From contig CP158636.1 of NCBI GenBank assembly GCA_050273025.1, positions 12,710,001 to 12,774,000 of the forward strand: a DNA stretch of 64,000 nt, given 5' to 3'. The notes under the pieces were generated by a model. That model was not told the DNA's origin. It worked only from the letters and a program-made list of their open reading frames with translations, and ran no database searches. Source of the DNA: Cenococcum geophilum (lineage: Eukaryota). Of the stretch, positions 61,016 to 64,000 are shown piece after piece; positions within the stretch are counted from its first letter, which is position 1, and every line of letters begins with the position of its first letter. The translations under genes and the position numbers were made by a program.

Positions 61016-62100
61016 TTAATTAATGCTTAGGTTACCGTAACCGCCTAGGTTAAAATTAAAACTAATAGCATTGCCTATAAAAGCGCTATTAGAACCTACA
61101 GGGACACTAAAACCAAGCTTGCTAGGGTTCCCTATTGCTATTTCATAAGAGTCTATACTTAACTTAAAATTAGCCGCGTTATATATAAAAGCGCTATTGG
61201 AGCTCGCTAGGGCACTAAAACTAAGCTTGTTAAAGTTCCTTATTGCCATTCTATAAGGGTCTATATTAAACTTAATATTAGCTACGTTATATATAAAAGC
61301 GCTATTAGGACCCGCGGGGGCACTAAAACTAAGCTCGCTAAGGTTCCTTATTATTATTCCGTAAGGGTCTATATTAAACTCAATATTAGCCATATTATAT
61401 ATAAAAGCGCTATTAGAATCCGCCGGGGCATCAAAACTAAGCTTATTAAGGTTCCCTATTGCTATTCCGTAAGGGTCTATATTAAACTTAACATTAGCCA
61501 CGTTGTATATAAAAGCACAGTTAAAACCCGCCGGGGTATTAAAACTAAGCTTGCCAAGGTTCCTTACTGCTATTCCGCGAGGATTTAAGTTAAACTTAAA
61601 ACCGGTAGTAGTGGAACCTAGGGGGGGCTTATTTTAAGGGGTAGCTATAGCATTCTGAGAATAGTATAACCTAGGAAACTCTTCGGCTACGCTCCTTATT
61701 AGGGCTTCTGCGTCGGAAGCTGATTTTAAAGTTTTAAAAAATAATGCTAATATTGGTATAAGCGGATTAAATAAAGCTTTTATAAGGTACTTACCCGGAA
61801 TAACTCTTATAAATAGTCTATGAACTTTAATCTAGCATATAGACATTTTGGGGTAAAACTGTTTGTTATAAACCTAGAGACTATTAATGCTGCGGAGATT
61901 AATGTTATATTCTATATAGAAGGTATAAGCAATAGCCTTAGCCTAAATCCTATAGCCTAGGCTAGACGTATCTCGAATATGCCTGCGTAATCTTTTCTTA
62001 GATCTATATTTTCTGCTATAGTTAATAACTAGACAAACCTCGCCTTTACCCCTTTACTTTGTCCTTTATACGTCCTAATATGCTAGATCTAAAAAGGAGC
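61016..62100 (-). pseudogene. RIP-mutated C2H2 zinc-finger gene with five 36-aa (108-bp) C-terminal repeats; 5' end abuts a LINE
   Basis: CLVIN[Y>C]SRKYRSKKRLRRHIRDTSSLG[Y>H] and [C]IE[C]NINLRSINSL*V[H]NKQF[H]; GTAAG intron at ~61795; then repeats NIKFNIDPYGIAIGNLNKLSFDAPADSNSAFIYN (ORF 61016-61501 plus one upstream unit). Confidence 0.6.
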
Positions 62101-62104
62101 TCTT

Positions 62105-64000
62105 GCTACACCCGGCCTAAAAAGACCAAAACCAACCAAAAGAACCCTAAAAAACACCTAGAGAATCCCCCTGAGATATATGCATCGCAGGGGAGGCACA
62201 CGTCGAACGACGGTGGCTCGCACTTGCGCGTGACCGCTAAAACTACGCCTAGCAATGGCCCTCCATAATAAAGACGGGCGAATACCACACCATAAAGCGG
62301 AAATACCTCTATTAAGAAGGCATCTAACAAAATATAAAGCTTATTGGACGCGTTTAGTATCTAAAATTGCGGGGGAGTAACCGTTAGCTATAACGAACTA
62401 ATACAGCTAGCAGAATGGCTCCGCCAGTCTAGTAAACCTTAGGCGCCCCTCTAGTAAACCCTTAATTAAATCCTCTAACGGCTAAGTAAAATTAAAAATA
62501 AGTATAACTCCCCCTTACCGGCGAACCGCACCTAGGCCGCTATAGCTGCGCTTTTACAGCATAGGGAACCTACCCCCCTTAAGTTAACAACTAGGCATAT
62601 AATTATAATATAACTAAATATAGAATAAGCAGAGGGGCTTAGGGGATAATTAGAAATAGAAGTCCTTATAGAGATACGTAAAGAGGTCTATAACGCTGTT
62701 ATAGTCTAACACCTTAAGAGCGGAGACATTAGAGTTACCCTAAAGGACTAATAGGTAAAGGAACGAGCCATAAGGGCAGGGGATAGGCTAGGAGAATATA
62801 TTGGCATAAAAGTACTTTATAAGGATTACCCAGTTAAAGTCCTAGCGGTTCCTATAAGCCTTAGGGTAGAAAAGGGACACTAGGTAGATAACACAGCAAT
62901 TATATAGGAGATAGTAAGATAAATGGAACGCCTTATACTAGGACTCGAAATCACCCAAATCTAATAACTTTAATAGGAAAATGCAAACTAAGCATATAAT
63001 GAGAATAATAAGAGGATATAAGGGTCGCTAAAGACTTGCTAGGGAGACGCTGGACGAATATATAGCTCCCTTATTATTAGCACATATATACCAGGAATGC
63101 AAAAACTTCTTATCCAAAAAGGAATAATTATAAATGGCCTTATATATAACATAAGGCTCTATAACCATAGACTACGCCTAGAATAATGCTATTGCTGTAT
63201 ATAATAGGGATACACCTAATCTATATGCGCAGTATAGGTGTGCTGCGGCTACTGTGCAGGCCCCTATAATATAAGATATTACTTAAATTAAGACCAAATA
63301 AAATGCGCAAACTGCCACCGAAGCACATATAAGGCGTGGGAGAGAGAAGACTATATTAAATATAGGAGACGGAAGGCAAGGGCTTAATAGCTGCGGGAAT
63401 AACTACACGCTAGGTTATACAAATGGAAATAATAGGCGATAAGCTAGGGGGACGCAGGCGCCTTCCTAGCGTTTCCTACCTTTAACACTAGAGGGCTAGG
63501 CCAGCCATCCCAAGCCTTAACGGGCCAGAAGCGACGCTATGTGATATTACCAGACTAATTAGGGACATAAGGGTCATAGGGGACATAAGGGAGAGGACGC
63601 CCCGTAGGAAGACCCCTATGGATAGCAACAGTAGGCTTAAAACCAGGATAATTAAGAATTAGACTTAATGCGGTAAATATAACATTCGCAGCCGACCTAT
63701 AAAGGGTATATAGCCGACCAGTAAGAATAGGGGAAGAACCGGTAATAATAATAGATTTAGATATAAAAGCGCTAACAGGAATATAAGACACGGGAATAGA
63801 AAGCTTTATATAAAATAAGTAGTAACTAGGGTATAGATATAAGAGATAAAAGCTCTAAATATCCTAGAGAAAGTGGAAATAGAAGAAGTAAGGAATAAAG
63901 AAGAGTTAAAGGACCCTTACCGGGGGTCCGCCACCTATCTATTATATAGTATAACTGCGGCAATATAAACTACCGCCTTATAAGGCCCCTACTAGACAGT
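62105..64000 (+). mobile_element. LINE (Tad1-like) 5' part: ORF1 and start of the ORF2 endonuclease
   Basis: RSGDIRV, DYPVKVLAVP, three knuckles CYCCI**GYT*SIC / CGYCAGPY / KCANC..YKAW, then I*YNCGN..YRLIRPLLDS at the window end. 5' boundary approximate. Confidence 0.88.

Noticed and set aside
62059..62330. Short ORFs on both strands
   Set aside because: They fall in the LINE 5' UTR and junction, with no motifs.
1..64000. tRNA, rRNA or telomeric repeats
   Set aside because: None recognised by eye; tRNAscan-SE and Infernal were not run.

Overview
Filamentous-ascomycete DNA: spliceosomal introns with GTACGT/GTAAGT donors and CTAAC-type branch sites; the proteins look Dothideomycete-like (inference). 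About 90% of the window is AT-rich, TpA-rich, stop-riddled sequence with the signature of repeat-induced point mutation (RIP). One normal-composition gene island (~19.4-24.4 kb) holds three intact genes: IEC3 (INO80 subunit), ORM1 and a ~514-aa OTT_1508-like deaminase-domain gene. Left of it is a nest of elements: a piggyBac interrupted by a Gypsy, which is itself interrupted by a full-length chromovirus with matching LTRs and TSD and by a 2-kb repeat-filled TIR element. Right of it are a complete piggyBac-like element without a TTAA duplication and a Copia 3' end. These are followed by a ~33-kb block of RIP-destroyed, intron-containing non-TE genes (DUF7924-like, F-box-like, patatin, C2H2 and repeat proteins), into which a full Gypsy, a full Copia and a LINE have inserted. 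The most notable signals are four. (1) A CCAAT-flanked 13-1-13 palindrome with a compensatory substitution, found at an equivalent 3' position in one Gypsy and two Copia elements. (2) The cargo block, which resembles a derelict Starship-type element. (3) An antisense Zn2Cys6-like ORF inside the chromovirus. (4) The intact deaminase gene. Protein calls in RIP regions come from manual translation with G>A/C>T changes mentally reversed; no database search was run.
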